A stretch of DNA of 64,000 nt from Hypanus sabinus (lineage: Eukaryota). The notes beneath the pieces are model-generated. The model was not told the origin of the DNA. It made no database searches and worked only from the letters and a program-made list of their open reading frames with translations. Position 1 is the stretch's first letter, and each line of letters opens with the position of its first letter. The stretch lies in the NCBI RefSeq assembly GCF_030144855.1, contig NC_082722.1:51770001-51834000 (forward strand). The letters run 5' to 3'. Positions 60,300 through 64,000 of this stretch are shown piece by piece. Both the position numbers and the translations under genes were made by a program.

Positions 60300-61410
60300 T
60301 GATGGCTTTGTGGCCAAGTATAAAGCTATGTGGAGGGACAGATAGTGTTGAACAAGCGAGGAGTTTGCAGAAGGACTTGGACAAATAGGAGAATGGACAA
60401 AGAAGTGGCAGATAGAATATGGTGTTGGGAAGTGTATGGCCATCTGCCTTGGTAGAAGGAATATATGTGTAAATGGGGAGCAAATTCAAAAATCGGAGGT
60501 GCAAAGGGATTTGAGTCCTTGTGCAGAATTCCCTGATGGTTAACTTGCAGGTTGAGTCGTAGTAAAGAAGGCAAATGCAATGATAGCATTCATTTCAAGA
60601 GGACGAGAGTGTAAACCTCCTCTGGACCCTCTACAATTCCAGCTGAATCTTTCTTCAATGGGGAGCCCAAAACTGCTCATAATACTAAAAGTGGACCAGC
60701 CAAATCCTTATAAAAGCATCAGCATCACATCCTGTCATTAGAGAGTCGAGAGGAGGCTTACTGATGCACCATCAATAACTCACACTGAGACGTAGGCGAG
60801 ATATCGGCTTTTATTGACTGGAAGAAGGAACCAGGAGTGAGTGTCTACCATACAAGGTCCTGGAGACTGAGGCCGATCTTCAGGCCGCAGGTCTCCTTTA
60901 TACAGGGGCCTGTGGGAGGAGCCACAGGAGCAGTCAGCAGGGGCGTGTCCCGACAGGCACATAGTTCACCACAACTACATCCCTCCAGTGATTGAAAGGG
61001 GTTAGCGTGTGAAGAACATTTGATGACTAGGCGTCTACTTGCTTGAGTTTAGAAGAATGAGGGGGATCTCATTGAAATTTACCGAATACTGAAAGGCCTA
61101 GATGGAGTGTATGTGAAGGGGATGTTTCCTATAGTGGGAGAGTCTAGGACCGAACAGCATTGCCTCAATAAAAGAACAGCCCTTTAGAATGGAGATGAGA
61201 AGGAATTTGTTTAGCTTGATAGTGAATCTGTGGAGTTCATTACCACTAGTGGGGGGGGGGGTGATGTATCAAGTATATTTGAAGCAGAAGGTGTCAAAAG
61301 TTATCGGGAAAAGGCTTCAGAATTGGTGGGAGGAAAAAGTAATCGATCATGTGATCGAATGACAGAGTAGACTCGATCATCCGAATAGCCTAATTCTACC
61401 CGTGTCTTAA
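60300..61410 (+). mobile_element. Degenerate CR1 3' region with an internal inversion and a nested solo LTR
   Basis: CR1 RT/3' motifs; segment about 60613-60736 is inverted. Confidence 0.7.
60762..60973 (-). mobile_element. Small solo LTR (212 bp)
   Basis: TG...CA termini; minus-strand TATAAA and AATAAA; TSD degenerate (cttac/actac). Confidence 0.7.
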
Positions 61411-62379
61411 AAGTGAATCGGGAGGGAATGCTACTTTAGCCTAATTTGTCTACGCTGATCAAGACAAACCCTATGTCCTGCATTTGGGCCCTATTCCTCT
61501 CCACATCAATATAGTTACTCACATGCTTGTTAAATGCTGTTTGTGGATGTGATGCCAGAAATCTCTAATGAGGGATGGAAGAGACTGCAGAACTGGTAGA
61601 GTGGGATTTGAAAACTAGAGTGCTCTAAAAATTGATTCTTTGGCACTGGACTGGTAATCTCGGCTGATTTTGGATTTGGTTAATTGACATTCGGAGGGAA
61701 TATATTGCATGTAATTGTTAGATTTGTTTATCTTTAAAGAATAACATCACAAATGTGGCCCTAAATTATCTTCATTAAGTTGGCAGTTTATTAGCAATAT
61801 GGGAATTGGAATATGATTGTTGTACCATGAAAATCTTGTCTTGCGTAATTTTTGCACAGTACAAGTAATAACGCAGTCTATTGAGGTAAAACGATAATGC
61901 AGAATAAAGAGCAACAGTTGCTGAGAAAGTGCAGGATCATCGTGAGGTGGTCAAGTGTCCAATATTATCGTAGGTCTGTTCAAGAGTGACAACTGCGGAA
62001 TAGAAGTTTAAAGTTGTAGACAACACACAAAATGCTGCAGGAACTTAGCAGGCCAGGTTATCATCTATGGAAAAAGTACAGTCGACGTTTCAGGGCCGAG
62101 ACCCTTCGCATGACTGGAGAAAAAAATCGTTGCAGTTACTTTTGGTTATAAGTTGGGGGAGGGGTGGATAAGGCAAAAGGAATTTTCTTGGATCTAAGGA
62201 CTGTCTAAGAGAATGCAATGTTTACAAAATAATCTAATTAATAGACTACTAGGAATCTTTAAGAAGGGGAAACGGACGTGCTTATTTTGCAAATATGTCA
62301 CTGTGGTAACACCAAAAACAAAAAGCTGGCAGTACCTGCCTGTCTGTATTTGAGGGCATTGAGCTTTCCTTGCTTTCCA

Positions 62380-62800
62380 TTGAGCTGGTCGCGGAACAAA
62401 CTGCACCCGGACGGTTTTCCACCCGGAACGAATTAACTGAAGGGCTGTGAAGTTCATTTAAGGACGCTCGTCTTTTCTCGTCTTTCGAACTGTTTAAAGT
62501 TTAATTTCTGTAGCAGGAGGGACTGGGGGCATTTTGTTTCCTGTAGAAGTGAATGTTATTTAAATTCTGCTGTGCATTTTGGAGGAAGATCGGGTGTTGC
62601 AAAGAGTGAGGAACGGGTTGCATAAGGAGAGTTGCGGCCTGACGTTCCGCTGGCACCATGGCGCTCGCGTTGAGGCTATTGGCAGGGTGGCCGGGTGTCC
62701 GCGCATCGTGGTCTCGAGTCTGGCCGGGACAGCGGGTCCGCTGGCGGGTAAGAAGGTGCTCAGGATGTTTAACCTGCAAATCTTTTTCGCGAGCTCGGGC
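62380..62800. promoter_or_regulatory. Second CpG island / promoter of the downstream gene
   Basis: Local CpG enrichment in non-TE sequence around a Kozak ATG and a splice donor. Confidence 0.7.
62658..62747 (+). CDS. AFG3L1: First coding exon of a mitochondrially targeted protein, probably AFG3L1 (m-AAA protease subunit)
   Basis: gcaccATGG Kozak; MALALRLLAGWPGVRASWSRVWPGQRVRWR is Arg-rich with no acidic residues (presequence-like); donor CGG|gtaaga. The name rests on the DEF8-AFG3L1 gene order known in mammals, not on sequence identity. Confidence 0.55.
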
Positions 62801-63277
62801 AGACTGTTGACCTGTTACACAACATCTCAAACTCCCAGTCTTTAAACCACCTATTTTGATAAAGTGTCTTCATTCAGCTGTTATAATTTTACCACGATCT
62901 CCACGGTGGCTTTATCTATTAACACCCTGTTACTAGATAACAAAACGATTGGTCAAGAAAGATTTTAAAGAAGTGGCCGTCCACGGGATGGGAGGGTTGG
63001 TGCATGACGCAAGAACATTTTCAGAAAGGTAAAGCCACTTTGGCTGGAAATGTTTGAAATTGGACATAATCAGTGGGTCAAAATCAAAGGAGTGTCATCT
63101 TCTCGCAAAGTTATATGTACCGGAAAATAATGTCAAGAACGTGGAATTGGGTTTGAGAACAAAATACAATGGTCTCCAATATTTAATTGGAATCAATTTC
63201 TAGTCAACAAGTATTGATCTTTGAACAGTATAATTAATCAAGCTTTGTGGGTTTTAAAGCTGGTGATGGTGAAGTAG

Positions 63278-63389
63278 AAACACACACAAAATGTTGGAGG
63301 AACTCAACAGGTGCCATATGGCTTGTTGAGCTCCTCCAACATTTTGTATATGTTGCTTGAATTTCCAGCATCTGCAGATTTTCTCTTGT
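63278..63389. mobile_element. 112-bp mini-PLE hairpin insertion with 14-bp TSD
   Basis: TSD tgatggtgaagtag at 63264-63277 and 63390-63403; inverted PLE 3' ends. Confidence 0.85.
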
Positions 63390-63636
63390 TGATGGTGAAG
63401 TAGTGCTGGCTTTTGCCAGTAAATATTTGAGATCTGACATTGTTTGAGATGATGTTTCAGGGAGCCTAGGGATGTTTTATTTGGGGATATTTGATCAGAT
63501 TGGGGACCTGAAGTGCAACTATTGTATGCCTAGGACTTCATTGATAAAAACAGGATTAGGTGGAAGCACCAACTGAATAACAAAAAGAGAGCTGTTAAAA
63601 TCAATCACAGTAGTGACTTGGAAACACATTGCTGTT

Positions 63637-63808
63637 AATTCATTGTCGCTAGGTCAAAATCATGGAATTCCCTCCCTAGCAGCACTGTGGGTGTGCCTAC
63701 ACCTCAAGGACGGCAGCAGTTTAAGAAGGCAGCTCAACACCACCTTCTCAAGGGCAACTAGGGATGGGCAATAAATGCTGGTTTAGCTGGCGACACCCAC
63801 ATCCTGTA
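63637..63808 (+). mobile_element. LINE/Deu-SINE-type 3' tail fragment
   Basis: caccaccttctcaagggcaactagggatgggcaataaatgctgg...aatgaataaa recurrent shark repeat tail (recalled similarity). Confidence 0.55.
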
Positions 63809-64000
63809 AATGAATAAATTTAAAAAACAGTGGCTGTAGACAGGTAGAAGAAATAGCAGAAGTATTGGTTACAGCAGCATAGGTTATCATTTTTGACATT
63901 TTTAAGATCTGTTTCCATACTATGGTAGGGTTGAAAACCTATCTGAATGGTTTCAAATATCAAATCCTTCTGCAGAGATTTTATATAGCAATGGCCTGTA

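Overview
Eukaryotic genomic DNA. The repeat families (CR1, Rex1/Babar, Penelope-like/Neptune, V-SINE) point to a cartilaginous fish, probably a ray; this is inference. The window holds one complete spliced + strand gene, DEF8: 11 coding exons from 21201 to 57265, 1338 nt / 445 aa, all GT-AG with consistent phases, and a repeat-poor 3' UTR of about 2.9 kb. Its probable promoter is a CpG island near 9.0-10.2 kb. That island contains a 12-unit G-rich minisatellite whose monomer is a CCAAT-box plus GC-box module. A second CpG island near 62.4-62.8 kb carries a 30-codon first exon resembling a mitochondrial presequence, probably AFG3L1 by synteny. Introns are packed with nested transposons: two CsRn1-clade Ty3/gypsy elements (tRNA-Trp PBS, CHCC gag, GGGAAAC frameshift signal with pseudoknot), two solo LTRs, two pogo-family transposons, Tc1/Tigger MITEs, CR1, Rex1/Babar and L1/Tx1 LINEs. 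There are also many Penelope-like fragments carrying minimal hammerhead ribozymes, including a TSD-bounded inverted-repeat copy. There are no prokaryotic features. The most novel-looking items are the promoter-module VNTR, the Penelope hammerhead/inverted-repeat architecture, an intron-split uORF ending 1 nt before the DEF8 start, and an unexplained 133-nt intronic hairpin.
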